From assembly GCF_006345805.1 (NCBI RefSeq), contig NC_043007.1, positions 70,928,001 through 70,992,000 on the forward strand: a stretch of 64,000 nucleotides of DNA, given 5' to 3'. The translations under genes and the position numbers were made by a program. Positions 14,855-30,342 of this stretch are shown in pieces. How positions within the stretch are numbered: position 1 is the first letter of the stretch; each line of letters starts with the position of its first letter. The DNA comes from Octopus sinensis. Lineage: Eukaryota. The notes beneath the pieces are model-generated. The model was not told the origin of the DNA and did no database searches. It saw only the letters and a program-made list of their open reading frames with translations.

Positions 14855-15205
14855 TATTTCTTTTATTTGCTTCAGTCAAGTGACTGTGGCCATGCTGGAG
14901 CACCACCTTTAGTCGAGCAAATCGACTCCAGTACTTATTTTGTCGGCTTCTTTTGCCGGACCGCTAAGTTACAGAGATGTAAACACACCAGCATCGGTTG
15001 TGAAGCAATGTTGGGGGGCAAACACACACACACACACACATATACAACGGGCTTCTTTCAGTTTCCGTCTGCCAAATCTACTCACAAGGCTTTAGTCGGG
15101 CCAAGGCTATAGTAAAAAACACTTGCCCAAGGTGCCACGCACTGGGACTGAACGCAGAACCATGTGGTTGGTAAGCAAGCTACTTACCACACAGCCACTC
15201 CTGCA
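14855..15205 (-). mobile_element. SINE family 1
   Basis: Reverse complement of the family 1 sequence. Confidence 0.85.
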
Positions 15206-15685
15206 CCTATATATAATATAATATAATATATATATATATATGTAATATATAATATAATATATAATATAGTATATATTTATAATATATATGATATATATGT
15301 ATATATATATGTATGTGTATATATATATATATTATATATATATATATATATAATGTATGAGTGTTTGTGCATATAAATATGTTAATATACACAAGCATGT
15401 ATGTTTGCACTCACACAGATACAAAGTCCTACTCACACTCACACCCAACTCACACTCCACTCACAAATGCTCCTTGATTAGTCCTAAACTGCAGAAATCA
15501 GCTTTCTTTAAACTCTGATGCTTAATAACTTTATTGCAGATGTTGCAACACATTAGTTCTCCGCTCGTCCTGTACAGACCTCGTTTAGTGAATTAGGGAT
15601 TAGCTCTGTCGCAGCTGAGTATGCTTTTCATTCCGCACCCCCAAACAAACCCCTTTTGACTGTAATTCTTTGTATCATACTGTAA

Positions 15686-16915
<1,230 letters not shown>

Positions 16916-17859
16916 TGACTTTTTCAAAAGTTGCCAGCAGGTGGCTACATAGAATTGAACCCAGCACTCCTCAGTTGCCAGCTGAGTGTTCTGTACCATG
17001 AAGCTAAGCAGCTCCTGACACTGCTAAATCTAATAATGACAGTTAGGATCAGTGACCAATTTGTTTTCATTAGGTCCTCTTAGACTGGACAATGATATAA
17101 CTGTGTTTAGTAATAAGGCTCCTGGATATACCTTATTTTTGTATAATTCAATATATTTGATAAAAGACATATGGATCAAAATTGATGGCAGCATTATGTT
17201 TGAATGGTAAGAAAAAACAAAAAACAGATCCTTCAATTTTTATTCTTTACTTGTCTCAGTGGCCATGCTGGGGCACTGTTTTGAATGGTTTAATTGAATA
17301 AATTAACCCCAGTACTTCTGACAAACCTTTAAGTCATGGGGAAGTAAACAAACCAATACCAGTTGTCAAGTAGTGGTGGTGGTGGTGGTGGTGGGGGAGG
17401 GGCAGAAACACAAACACACAAACATATATTTAGAATGTGGTTATAGCAGAACACACTTGCCCAAAGTGCCACACAATTAGACTGAACCCAAAACTCTGTG
17501 GTTACGAAGCGAGCTGTTTAACAACACAACTATGTCTATAGAACTGATTTCCTGGTAGAAGAAGTAGTGGAATCGTCACATTAGAATTGAGATTGCAAGG
17601 TACCTGAGTAACTCTATTACTTCCATTTTAGACATGGTTAAATAATTTGTACTTTCTCCAACTTAAAGATAAATCTCAATTCATTGAGTTGAATGACATT
17701 CCCTTTGTCTTCCCCCATCAACCAAAATTATCAAAATTCATACTATTAACCTACTTGAGTTATTTTCATTAATGCATTTTGTTTTTTCATAATTCTGTAA
17801 ATTACAACTGGCTCAAATTGTTCCATGTCCATTAATCCAGTAGCCTCCATATAACTCTA

Positions 17860-17900
17860 TTCTACTGATGAGGTATAATAAGACTGAAACATGTCTATAG
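17860..17900 (+). ncRNA. Minimal hammerhead-like motif, probably degenerate
   Basis: cta-CTGATGA-ggt...act-GAAACATGTCTA-tag; short stems. Confidence 0.45.
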
Positions 17901-19183
17901 TTGTTACTGTGCCAACTAATAAACATCAAATTTTCTTCTGAGCAATGAATATTTGTAATTTTTCTGTGAAATTCTTAATTCCTCTTTATGAGACATTAAC
18001 GGACCTCAAGTTATTTCCCCTGGCTCGTTTTTTTAATAACTGCATACAGTGTTTGAAGAAGATTTGGCTGGGGCATTGAACAAGTAGTGCAAGGATTACA
18101 ATTGATAAATTAACGTCTGAGGAAGTGGATATGTTTCATATAGGGATTAGATTTGGAGGTGAGATGCGTGAGGCAGGAAAGTTTGTACTTGGAGTTTAAA
18201 TACTATTTTGTATAGTATTATTTAATTAATAAGTATTTTACTGTGAGCTGGCCTCTGAAATACTGAATTATGTTTGATGATATTATACAGTTGGATGGAG
18301 ACTCCTGGTAGACTGCGATTAGTGGAAATAGAAGGTTTGAATGTGTAGGGGTTTTAAGATAAAGAGAGTTAGGTTCATCTAGAATGGTCCTTTTTTATGA
18401 AAATTAGATGATAGTACAGTCCGTTGAGTTAAGAAGAGAAAGAACTAAGAAGAATATGTCTAAATATTGGCGTATATGGTTGTATTTACTTAAACTTACG
18501 ATTATACTTACAAAAATACATATGGTGGGTGTACCCCTATGTAGTTTTTGATAGTTATAAATTCTGAAATGCCTGAAAGATTAACTTGATCATATGGTCA
18601 AAGGCTCAAACTTTAGCATCCCCTAACTGAATTGAGCCTCTAAACAAGACTAATTTCTCTTGCCTCAGTCTACTTGGCTGAAATCAGGTTCACCTGTCAC
18701 TATTTATTTAATGACTGATTAATGAGCTGCAGGAACAGTATCCAGAGGGTGAAAGCAATTCCTCTAACATTATAGCTATGCCTAAAAATGTATAATGAGG
18801 AAATTAGTAGTAAGTAGTAATATGGGGGCATGTGCTGCAACAGTACTTCCAGATTACAGTGACAAGAAACTACATTTTACAATCTGCCAAATGATACCAT
18901 GTAATTCTACACCAATCATAAGACCTTATGTGCTGTGTGGGGTCTGGCATATCATAGAATAAATCCATCATTTCCTCTGCATGTTGTAAAAGTGACTAAA
19001 AAGAGGGTGAGGTAAGATTTACTCTCCAGCCTTGTAAAAACCCTCACCAGCAACAGACTACCCAAATAGACCCATGGTTGGAGGGTTGTCACTTGAGTGG
19101 TACAATGAGGAAATCGATGTTAATAAAATATATACAGGAACTTAAAAGGACAGAGAACTATGTAAATCTTTTATAATAATAAT

Positions 19184-19680
19184 AATGAAATTATTGTATA
19201 CAGTGCTCAGGTGCACCACAAATTGTCAAAAGCGCGTATAAAGCATATGCAGTAATGTATAAATGTCTGCAAAGTGAACAGTGTATGAGTCAGATACATG
19301 CTTGCGTGTGTATGGAGGGGAGAAAATGAGGTGTAGTGTTGGAGAATCTCAGGAAGCATGGAAGTTTTGAAGGATGCAGTGCTCCGACAACTAACAACTG
19401 ATGCTAGCAGTTTGTTCCATGCTTCAGCAACTCTCAGTGTGAAAAAAATGTTTCTGCAAGTCATGGGAGCTGTGCTGTTTTCTGACTTTGTAAACATGTC
19501 CACGGGTGTTAGACAGGTGGAGTTTGAAAAGGTGCTCAGAGTTATTGTTTGTAAGATGGTTAATGATTTTATGGGTGTCTGCCAAGTCAGCTGCCAGACG
19601 TCAGAGTTTTAATGTATCCATGCCCAGGGAAGTAAGGCGTTCAGAATATGGCAAATGCCTGATGGAGGGTATTACAAGTT
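19184..19680 (-). mobile_element. CR1-like LINE 3' fragment
   Basis: FFTLRVAEAWNKL...TASFK C-terminal motif and (TTA)n tail; close paralog at 25300-25762. Confidence 0.85.
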
Positions 19681-19821
19681 TCTCCAGTGATTTAGAATAC
19701 AGAAGAATTAGTAAAGAGGAGAAACCTTTTGTTTGTTGTTTACTAATTAAGATTTTAATGAATTATTTTCTGTTTTTAATTGCATTGTTTATTATGTTTA
19801 ATTTTGTTTCCTATTTTTTAG

Positions 19822-19896
19822 TATGATAAAGAAGAAATCTGCTTTTCCCATATAAATTATACAGATAATAGTTTGTGTGTGGAACTCATTGAAAAG
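19822..19896 (+). CDS. Myo22: Myosin motor exon: YDKEEICFSHINYTDNSLCVELIEK
   Basis: ttttttag acceptor, gtaaat donor; 75 nt, phase 0/0; continues the Y..E.I....I.Y.DN..C.ELIE motif in frame. Confidence 0.93.
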
Positions 19897-21287
19897 GTAA
19901 ATAATAATTTGATGGTTCTAGTCTTCCTTCTAGAAATGAGTCAATTCTGTTTATGGTTTGTGATTGAGTTTTTATTATTTCAGTGACTCTTTGTTATATA
20001 TCTCCATACATAACTATTCATGAAGTTTAGTTGATTAAATACCAATTTATTTGAAAGATCCTAAATAATGACTGGTGATGGTTGTGTCTCTAATAAAGAG
20101 ATTTAACTTCCAATGACTCAGTCTGTCTAGCTGTAAGGCGGTTACATATGGTTAGTTTACCATTGACAACATATTAAATAAACTCAATATTGTTGAAGTT
20201 AACTCTTTTCATGGATGTAACATCTCCAAGGGTTGTCCCTGAGCATGTTAAATAAGATCAGTCTTATCCACCCCACTTACACACATATTTCCAATTTCAA
20301 TTAATTAATACTTTGCTGCATTGACTCATTAAAAAGAAGATATTTTTCTTGTTTTATTTTGAGTCATCTTCCTTACTTTTCTTTGGTTTTCCTAAATATT
20401 GTTTCACAGTGTTTTTCTTTTCAGTATAGTTAACACATTCACCACATTATGTGAACAGTTACTTCACTTCTTTTATACTAAAGTATTAAGGGTGATGGAA
20501 AATATAAAAAAATAGAAACAGGGAACATCAGCTCACTTATCAAGATGAATGTTGCAATTTCACCTTGTCAAACATTGCAGATAAACTTTAATATCTCTGT
20601 CTTATAATCCGTGTACTTGATCATAAAAGTGTGTTTATTTTGACTGCTGTCTTCTTGATTGTATCTCGTATGCTGATATCTACTTCTGCACTCATCTATG
20701 TGACTATAAAACTAGACTGAGCTTTTGTGGACTTGTCACTCTACACTGTTAATGATAAGCATTTACTACTCTGAACTTAAAATATCTGAGAAATAGGTGT
20801 TACTAAGATGATAAGGTACTGAACCAAATAATTTGTTGTTCTTTAGAAACATCTTTATTCCACATTGGATCAGTTCACTGAGTTATGGCAATAAGCACTA
20901 GTATATCTGTAAATAGTACTTGAGGTGGTCCAACATCATATTCAGAGGGTATTTGTCTTTCAACTGTTTGATGTTATGGAACCAGAGATAAGCTTCAACA
21001 ACAACCCTCAAAAAGGCTTTAGAGTTTAGTGATTATATTACAGGACCTCTGAAGGTCAACATTGCTCATTCTTTTACACATAAATGTTCAGGCTTAGCTA
21101 GGAATTTTTACTTTTCTTTTTGAGGAAGACTGGCAGCTAACCCATGTATGCAGGTCTTCTGTCTCTACATCCCTGAGACTTATTCAATAAATAGCTAATT
21201 ATTATCGACATATTATCATGTGTATTATAATCATTATTCTTATTGTTGCATCACTGATCATTCTGAAACTGCTTCTTAATTTTCCAG

Positions 21288-21338
21288 GCACCCCGATGCA
21301 TATTAAAAATATTAGATGAAGAATGCCGATTTCCTCAG
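21288..21338 (+). CDS. Myo22: Myosin motor exon: APRCILKILDEECRFPQ
   Basis: ttttccag acceptor, gtaaat donor; 51 nt, phase 0/0; LDEEC.FP myosin motif. Confidence 0.93.
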
Positions 21339-22497
21339 GTAAATTTCATTACATTTTTTTCCTATATATTATCAGGAAATGTGAAGTAGTTTTTGTTCAA
21401 AAGCAAAACGAAAAAAAGTCTAAAGATGTTGTTTATAAACTATTCTGCATTTCTTACTGTTTTATATAACCAAGATAGAAAACATAGAAATTTAGATGGC
21501 CCATTGTATTTCAAACTTAACGGTTTAGTTTAAACTGGCTTCCTAGCAAGAACATCTTTGTTAGATGTGTACCCCAGTATACTCCAGTGTGTCTTTAGAA
21601 TAGTACTTTCCACCAGTAATTCGTAGACATATTTAATCATAATAAAATGTAGGAAATCAGTTTTACCAATCTTCTGAGGACATAGTTTGTTGTTGCAGGA
21701 AGCTTTACTCTTCACGGCCCATGCCACTCTATGGACAAGTCATCCTCCTTCCCATTAATACAGAGACATACCCACAGTACTTCATAATACACTGCAATAC
21801 ATCATCAAACAGTTATATAAAGCAGTTAGTCTCCGTTTCTGTTGAGACAAACAGAAAACTTGAACACTACAAAAATAACAGTAACAGCATCAATAACTGC
21901 TTTAACAGAAAGTCATGCTAATTGTGACAAAGGAAGAAAAGAAATCACTTCTGTAGCCTGACTAATTAACTTAATTGCCTCCCGCTCCACTGTTGTCATC
22001 ACCACCAACACCTAGAGACTTACAAAAATAGAACAAGGAGAGTGAAGGAAAAAAGACGTCTTTTTGTCACACTGCAACTCCTATCCTTGTTGTCATCAAC
22101 TAGATGGATGAGGCATGGATATAGAGCTAGGACTGTAGATTTGTGGATTACAACTAGTTGTTCAAATTATTTCCTGAATGCTATGGTCAGCTGGCTAAGG
22201 GCTGAACTGGGCTAAAACAATAACAACAACGTCGCAGATTATCCCAGAAGCCATTTCAGCAGTTTACTGGACTACATAAAAGGACTATAACAGAGTTATC
22301 TCCCTTATACTTATATTGGCTTCATTTAATCAGTCGAAAGCAAACGTGCTGCTGACGTCGATATCGAAGAGACTCAGAGAAACGGAATAAATCTTCAGTT
22401 CACAAATGATTGCATTTAATATATTATTTCTTGTGGATGTTTTCTCACTCACACAGATCTGTGCTGACGCTACACACGTATACATATTTTAGTGTTT

Positions 22498-22745
22498 AGC
22501 AAATTAGCTAGTTAGAAAATCTCTGTTAGAAATGAAAGCAGTAACTATTCTGAGAAGTAATGTTTATCATCAATTTAACATAGCTGTTCTGTAGGAACCA
22601 ACGTAACTACCATTTTAACCCCAGGCTGGTTATTCGATGCAATCTTCCCACGGAACAGCTATGTTGAATTGGTGATTAACATTAATTCTCAGTATAGTTA
22701 CTGTTTTCAACTTTTATATAGATTTTTTTAATTAGCTAATTTGCT
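22498..22745. mobile_element. MITE-like inverted repeat with ~95-bp diverged arms
   Basis: agcaaattagcta...aacatagctgttc pairs with gaacagctatgtt...tagctaatttgct; a related reverse fragment lies at ~22935-23050. Confidence 0.7.
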
Positions 22746-23147
22746 TGTTACAAAATCAGTGACTGCTTGTCCCTTATTTCCTATATATTGCAAGCTGGAA
22801 TGAACTACTGCTATCTCTAGCAGATGACTATCCACCACTGATGATGAGCACAAAGAGCTTGAAACTGTACAGTCTGGTGGTCCGGTTGCAGAAACGTTGT
22901 AGGAGTTCGTTTCCCTGCTTGCAATATATATCAGGTACAGATTGCATTGAATAACCAGCTAGAGGAGGCGTCCTCCTGGGGTTAAAATGGTAGTAACATC
23001 GGTTCCTATGAAACAGCCAAGTTAAAGTGGCAATGAACATTATTTCTTATAGTACAAGTAGAAAGATATATTTTTTCAACGCATAAGTACTGATAGAACA
23101 GCATATATAGGATAAAATCCTTATATATATATATATATATATATATA

Positions 23148-23530
23148 CTAGCAGTATCGCCCGGCGTTGCTCGGGTTTGTAAGGGAAATAACTATATAAG
23201 CATTTTTAGAGAGTTATAGCAAAAAATGCATTAAAAATGGAAAAAAAATGATGGTAAATTTTTTTTTAAATCGTTGACTCATCGTATACATTTTTAGAGA
23301 GTTCACTTATATAATAGTGAAAAAAATGCATTAAAATAGAAAAAAATTATGGTAAATTTTTTTTTAAATCGTAGACTCATCGTAGACGCGCGCTTATACC
23401 CAGAAGGGCTCGATATGAATCACGACTATAAGATACCTGGTTTTGGTTAAACTGCACCGCAAAATGTGGGAGTAGTTAGGAATCTAAATCGTAGGAGACA
23501 GACACACAACCTCACTTTTATATATAAAGA
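23148..23530 (-). mobile_element. Non-autonomous Helitron in (TA)n
   Basis: Minus strand starts TCTTTATATATAAAA and ends with hairpin cccgagcaacgccggg then CTAG; A^T target; same family as 36746-37382. Confidence 0.85.
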
Positions 23531-23980
23531 TATATATAATGGTATCAGCCAGACTATCGGATGTTGTTATGTATTACTGGTCACTGTGCTTTGAATGATG
23601 CCACCCAACAGGCCAACATTTCCCCTGATTGAGAGGCTATTACATTGCAGGGTTACCCATTTACAGATGAGTGGACTGGAGCAACATGAAATGAAGTGTT
23701 TTGCTCAAGAATACAATGTGCTGCCCAAACTGGGAATTGAACCCGCAATCTATCGATCATTACTATAACTCTCTAACCACTAGGCCAGGCACCTTCACAT
23801 GTACATATAAACCATAAATAGCCAAACGGTGTGAAAGATGAATACATTTAATTACATGACGTATATCTGTCTAATATGTTCATCTCTCATATCTTCTGGC
23901 TTTTTATGGTTTATATACTCCTCATAAAATAATTTCATTGATTGGATCATCTGGATTTCAACTGCATGAACGCTTTACAT

Positions 23981-24208
23981 CAGTGGTTCCCAAAGTGGGC
24001 AGTACTGCACCCCCTGCAGTTGGCAGAAAGATCCAGGGGGCATTGAAGAAAAGTGGGGGTGATGTGAAAACAACAAAATAATAGATTAATTAGGTTAATT
24101 TATGAAATACAGTTGTTTTGAATTTGTGATGGTGACCAGGGGTGGGGTGGGGTGGATGCAGCCTGGATGCCAAGGGTGCAGCAGCCCCAAATAGTTTGGT
24201 AACCACTG
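23981..24208. mobile_element. hAT (Charlie-like) MITE
   Basis: TIRs CAGTGGTTCCCAAA / TTTGGTAACCACTG; 8-bp TSD-like ctttacat / ctctatat. Confidence 0.8.
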
Positions 24209-24313
24209 CTCTATATTATACTTCTCTGTATTGAATTACTATGTTGTCTGATAGCTGAGTTCATTCGAGGAGCTTTCTGTGATAACCCCATGATTCTCTG
24301 GATGTATATCTTG

Positions 24314-24354
<41 letters not shown>

Positions 24355-25264
24355 GAGGCTGGCAATGGCTATGATTGATTGGTGCTTTTTACATGCCACC
24401 GGCACGGATGCCAGTCAAGGAGGCACTGGCATCGGCCACGTTTGGATGGTGCTTTTTGTGTGCCACCAGCATTGGTATCACAACTACAGTTTCTATTTGA
24501 TTTTTATTTTGATGTTGATGTACTTGACTCAGTAGGTCTCCTCAAGCATAGCAGGTCACCCTGTGATCCAAGGATAATTTCTTCTGGCTTTATGCCCTAA
24601 GTTCAAATGCCACTGAGGTAGGCTTTGACTTACATCCTTTCGGGGGTTGATAAAATGAAGTACTCCTTGAACATTGGGGTCAATCTAATCAACTTTACTC
24701 CTATCCCAAAATTTCAGCCCTGTGCTTATAGTAGAAAGGACATTTAGAAGTGAGCAATAGTATAAGTTCAAATCTTGATGAGGTCAACTGTGTTTTTTAT
24801 ATTTAGGAACCACTGCTCTACATTATACTTCTCTGTACTGGATTTCTATGTTGTCTGATAGCTGAGTCCATTAGAGGAGCTTTCTTCACTAACCCCATGA
24901 TTATCTGAATCCTTATCTTATATAAATATATATAAAATATGTTTTCAAGTTTAGATTTGTTTCTCCTAAAACCACTGACCTACAAGTGGTGACAACGAAT
25001 AATCTTTCTCTGGGTTACAGTTCTTAGGATGAAGAATTGTCTGAAAGAATTTAGTGTTTTGGGTGGACTTTGGCAGGCTAGCTGGTACAGTTTGCTCATT
25101 GAGAGGAGCATAAACAGATGTAGCAATTGTAACTATGATTAGTGGTGTTTTGGGAAGTAAAGTTTAATAATCAAATAAATGGCTTTTATGAAGATGTAAT
25201 CTGAAATGTTATTTAGTTTAACTGCGGTGCTAGTGGTGTTTTATATTATTTTATATTATGGTAC

Positions 25265-25299
<35 letters not shown>

Positions 25300-25301
<2 letters not shown>

Positions 25302-25762
25302 TTATTGTATACAGTGCTCAGGTGCACCACAACTTGTCAAAAGTGCGTATAAAGAATATGCTGTAATGTACAAATGTCTGCAAAGTGAACAGTGTATGAG
25401 TCAGATACATGCTTGCGTGTATATGGAGGGGAGAAAATCAGGTGTAGTGTTGGCGAATCTCAGGAAGCATGGAAGTTTTGAAGGATGCAGTGCTCCGAAA
25501 ACTAACAACTGATACCGGCAGTTTGTTCCATGCTTCAGCAACCCTTAGCGTGAAAAAATGTTTCCAAAAGTCATGGGAGCTGTGCTGTTTTCTGACTTTG
25601 TAAACATGTCCACGGGTGTTAGGCAGGTGGAGTTTAAAAAGGTGCTCAGAGTTATTATTTGTAAGATGGTTAATAATTTTATGGGTGTCTACCAAGACGT
25701 TAGAGTTTCAATGTATCCATGCCCAGGGAAGTAAGACGTTCAGAATATGGCAAATGCCTAAT
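25300..25762 (-). mobile_element. CR1-like LINE 3' fragment
   Basis: KIINHL...NTRGHVYKVRK...HFFTLRVAEAWNKLP; (TTA)n tail. Confidence 0.87.
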
Positions 25763-27580
25763 GCTAATGGTTGCAGGTTTCCAACAGTCTAGTTACTGTT
25801 TTATTGTATTTCTTGAGGGGAAATAGACAGAGGAGTGTATGCCACTAAGCACAGAACAAATATGTTCAAGGACTTCATGTATAAAGCACATTTTTTTTGT
25901 ATCAGTTTTCTTGTTTTTATGATGTTCTTCAGAGAGTATATTGGCAAAAACATGGGAGCACTCAATATTTGGCATGGAGAGGAAATATATATTTATTATC
26001 AGATTAACTTGGCTTCACTGATTTAAAAAATGTAAAAAGAAAAGTACTTGATTGTTCAGCTATGATAACACTGAGTGGCAACTTAATTCCAGTCTCTAAA
26101 TAATGTTGGTTGTCTTTGGATGGTAAATGGGCCTCATTCATATTGTTAAGTTTGGGTCATGTGATGGGAACTAGTACTTTAACAATACTGTCATAAGTTA
26201 CAAATGACCAGTAACTGAATGGCTGGTAACATTGGCAAAAATAAATAGGAGTAGTCTCCCTTGCCTGCAGTTGCTTATAAGAATGGCTTTCCCTTATCCA
26301 ATAATATCCAACTGTATTTGGAAGTTGTGACCACTTGGTGTTGGTGTATACAGACAATCAAATACGAATTTAATTTGCCTTTCACAAAGTTTTAACAAAG
26401 TAAACCTCAGTCAATTTCTTATGATGGCTTCCTTTGTTTTATGTATTATTTTGGTTTGGAAGTTGCATACATTGTAATTAACTACAGGTTTCCAATGAGT
26501 TAGTTTCTGGTTCACTCCATTTCTGATTGTGAAAATATCAAGGGAGTGGTTGTAATTCTGCACAGAACAAATATCTCAAGGACATTTTCATAAGCATCAG
26601 CTTTTACAGTTTTCTCACTTATGTTTGCATTTTTCTCTGATATACGTCAGTAATGAATATATATGTATGTATGAACATATGTACACGTGTGTGTATGTGT
26701 GTATGTATGTATGTATGTATGTATGTATGTATGTATGTATGTATGTATGTATGTATGTATGTATGTATGTATGTGTGTATGTATGTATGTATGTATGTAT
26801 GTATGTATGTATGTATGTATGTATGCATGCATGCATGCATGTATGTATGTATGTATGTATATACGTACGTACACGTGCACGTGCGCAGATTTTTTTACCA
26901 TTTTCAGTCAAAGATATTTAATGTAAGGCTTGTAGCTGAAGACACTTGCCCAAAGTGTTCTGCAATGGAACCAAATACAGAACTATCTTGTAGTTGCTGA
27001 ACAATCTCTTAATTACAGCACAGCAGTCATGTTTGCATGGATTGTGCCTGCATGTATGTCTCAAGATAAACTTCTTGTTCAGGACCATTTTCTGACTCTA
27101 AATAAGAAGTATACATCTTGAGATGTGTACTACTTAAAAAGATAATCAGATATTACACAACCTAATATTGGTAAACTTGAAGAAAATATTAATGGTCTGT
27201 TATTTATCGGAAAAGGTATGTTGAAGGTGTAGCAGATTTGAAATAGAATTGCAGCATATCTGAGTTGGCATCACAGCCAAGCCATAGCAGTTTTATGTGT
27301 TCAGCCAATTAACCAACCCATCAGCATTAAGCTGTTTCATGATTCAACCTTCTAGAACTTTCTCACTGAGCCTTATATAAAAGTGGTTTTTGGCAGCAAC
27401 TCCAGAATGTTGAGACTGTCACTCATCATTTCCATTCTCATTTCATCACCAGCTGTTGAACTCAGAATGTAAAGACGGACAAAATGCTGTTAAAAATTTT
27501 GCCTGGCGTGCTAATCATTCTGCCAACTTGTTGCCTTAATAATAATAATAATAATAATAATAAATATAATAATGATAATA

Positions 27581-27631
<51 letters not shown>

Positions 27632-27645
27632 TAATAATGATAATA

Positions 27646-27676
<31 letters not shown>

Positions 27677-27744
27677 TGCCTCTCATGACTTCTGATCTTA
27701 CTCTCATGGCTTCTCATCTTACTCTGATAGTTTCTCATCTTAAC

Positions 27745-28250
27745 TGATTGGAAGTGTTATCATGTACATTGTTTTGTCTTGGTATAAAAGATGGGCTACA
27801 GCAAATATTTTGCTCAATACCACAGATTTGCTTGTCAGTTGTTCGACCTTAATCAGTTGAGCATGTCCCTTAGTGACTGACGATATGTGCATCACTGATC
27901 ATGAGCAGAAGTAGTGGGGGATCATCATAGCCATGTGCTGAGAGGAATTCTTTGAGGTTTGGATAATTCACCTCTGGAAACATGGGTGTTTCATTCAACA
28001 TCCTTAAACAACCCTTATTCAAGAACCAGGAAGGGATACTCGACCAGAAGAAAATTCTAACTGGGCCCCACCTGCAAGGTCATGCATCGTTAATCTTGAT
28101 ATGAGATGACTATGTCATGCATGTATGGTTGTGATGCATCTGCTTGGTGTACCCTTATCAGATGGGTAGTCATGATGGGTATACTGGGCTTCATATATTT
28201 TACCCCAGTGTCACTTTGATGGCATGCTCTGCTTTCTCCCTCAGTAATAA
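27745..28250 (+). mobile_element. Dispersed retroposon-like repeat with (TAA)n tail
   Basis: Highly similar second copy at 33157-33660. Confidence 0.75.
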
Positions 28251-28352
28251 TAAAGAAAGAAGAAGAACAATAATAAATGTCTTGGGAGATATGTCAGGAA
28301 ATACTGGATATTGTATGTGATTTGTTTTTGTTTTTTATTTTTTTTTATTCAG

Positions 28353-28592
28353 GGTACTGACAAATCCTATTTAAATAAACAACATCAGGAATTAAGTAAC
28401 CATCCATATTACATAAAAGGACAAGATCGTCGATGCTGGGAAGTGGAATTTGGAATCAAACACTATGCAGGTGCTGTAGTATACAAAGCACAAGGATTCC
28501 TTGAGAAAAATAAGGATGTTCAACAAGATCAGTTATTTGAACTAATGTATAACTCAACAAATCCTTTTGTCAAAGAGCTGACACGATTCCAG
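28353..28592 (+). CDS. Myo22: Myosin motor exon: GTDKSYLNKQH...EFGIKHYAGAVVYKAQGFLEKNKD...KELTRFQ
   Basis: Long T tract plus ttcag acceptor, gtaagg donor; 240 nt, phase 0/0; F.I.HYAG.V.Y...GFLEKN.D motif. Confidence 0.96.
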
Positions 28593-28717
28593 GTAAGGAA
28601 TAAACATATTTTTGTTTTGCTTTTATGTTTTTTCTTTGTAAAGCTTCTGTTTTTTGCTCCACCCCACCTAGTTTTGCTAATGCTGTTATTTAATTGCTAT
28701 TATTAGGTTGTTTTGGG

Positions 28718-29170
28718 GAGGCACGTGGCTTAGTGGTTAGGGTGTTAAACTCATGATCGTAAGGTTGTGGTTTCGATTCCTGGACCGGGCGATGCGTTGT
28801 GTTGTTGAGCAAAACACTTCATTTTCATGTTGCTCCAGTCTGCACACCTGGCAAAGATGAGCAATCCTGTGACGGACCAGCGTCCTGTCCAGGTGAGGAA
28901 TTTCTACGCCACTGAAACCGGGAGACTGGTGCTTATGAGCCTAGCATGGTTCAAGAAGGAATATTTATTACACCTAAAAGCTTCACGAGGCTCCAGTAGG
29001 GGGTGGTGGCGACCCCTGTTGTACTCTTTCGTCGCAACATTTTCTCACTCTCTCTTCCTGTTTCTTGAGTAATGCTGTGATGGACTGGCATCCCGTCCAG
29101 CTGGGAGGTACACATATGCTACAGAAACCAGGAAACTGGGCCCATGAGCCTGGCTAGGCTTGAAAAGGGC
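28718..29170 (+). mobile_element. SINE family 3 (tRNA-like head)
   Basis: A-box gtggcttagtgg and B-box-like gtttcgattcc; related heads near 7155, 30355 and 39555, and on the minus strand near 23790, 53470 and 55505. Confidence 0.75.
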
Positions 29171-29191
29171 GATGTTTATCGTTTTATTTTA

Positions 29192-30342
29192 TTAGGCTGT
29201 TTCACATGAAATGTCACATTTTTAATTACTTGTTATTTCAGTTGATTAAAAACTATGTATACCTTGCATTTAATCTTGACTCTTTTCCTTTCCCAACAAT
29301 ATTGGTATACAAAATTTGTACCCACAGACCTTATGAAAATGATAACAACCAAACTATGTTAAGTGATTTTCTCGTATGAGTATAAACCGGGTCACTCTGC
29401 AACAAAGGCTCTATGGAATATCAAGCAGGCCTTTAGTAATAGTTTTTTTGACATCAGAATTGTTCAGAGATGGTTCCAAAGCTCTTGTTCAGGAGATGAT
29501 AGCCTTGAAAATAAACCAAAATCAGTTATTTGGCATGATGGATTAAATGCTTTGGTTGAAGAAAATCCTAGAACAAAGGTTGAAAAATTTTCATCAGAAC
29601 TCCAAACATCTTGTACAGCTGTTTTTGGACACCTGTAAGAAATCAGAAAAGTCAAGAAAATGGATAGGCTTGTTCCACATCAACTGAATGAGATTAAAAA
29701 AAACAGACGCCTCGAAGTGTGCTCCTTATTGCTTTCTCAACTGGAAAAAGACCGTTTTTGCATCAAATCATTAATGTGATGAGAAATGGATACTCTTTGA
29801 CAACAGCAGGAGAACAGGACTGTGATTAGATGCAGGAGAGCCACCTAAACACTACCCAAACCCACCATTACATCCTAAAAAGTTAGTGGTCACTGTATGG
29901 TGGTCTGCGAAGGGAGTTACTCATTATTCATTTTTGCAACAAGGAAAAACAGTAACAGCAACATTGTATTGCCAGGAAATTGATTGTATGTCAGAGAATT
30001 TGAAAAAAAGCAACCCAGACTAGTGACTAGAGATGGCCCAATTTTGCTCCACGACAAGCTACAGCCCAAAAGTTGCAAAGCCTGAATTATGAAATTTTGC
30101 AACATCCTCCCTATTCCCCCAATATCTCTCCTACTGATCATCACTTATTTAAGCATTTTGAACTTTTCATAAGCAATAATAATATTCTTAATAGAGATGG
30201 AATATATGACATAGAGAAATGTTGGGTAAATGTCATAAATGAACATGGATCATACTTTGATTAAATAAATCAGTTCCCCTAACACTTCTGAAACATTTTA
30301 TTGGTACCTTTCAAATATGACATTTCATGTCAAACAATCTAA
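29192..30342 (+). mobile_element. Near full-length decayed mariner transposon
   Basis: TIRs ttaggctgtttcacatgaaatgtca / tgacatttcatgtcaaacaatctaa; transposase motifs VPHQL, DEKWILFDN, HPPYSPNISPTDHHLF; stops and frameshifts. Confidence 0.92.

Noticed and set aside
28311-28706. 131-aa ORF as a standalone gene
   Set aside because: Only 28353-28592 is myosin-like; the rest is intron read-through.
28718-28790. tRNA gene
   Set aside because: The A/B boxes belong to a SINE head that continues into a repeat body; no convincing cloverleaf.
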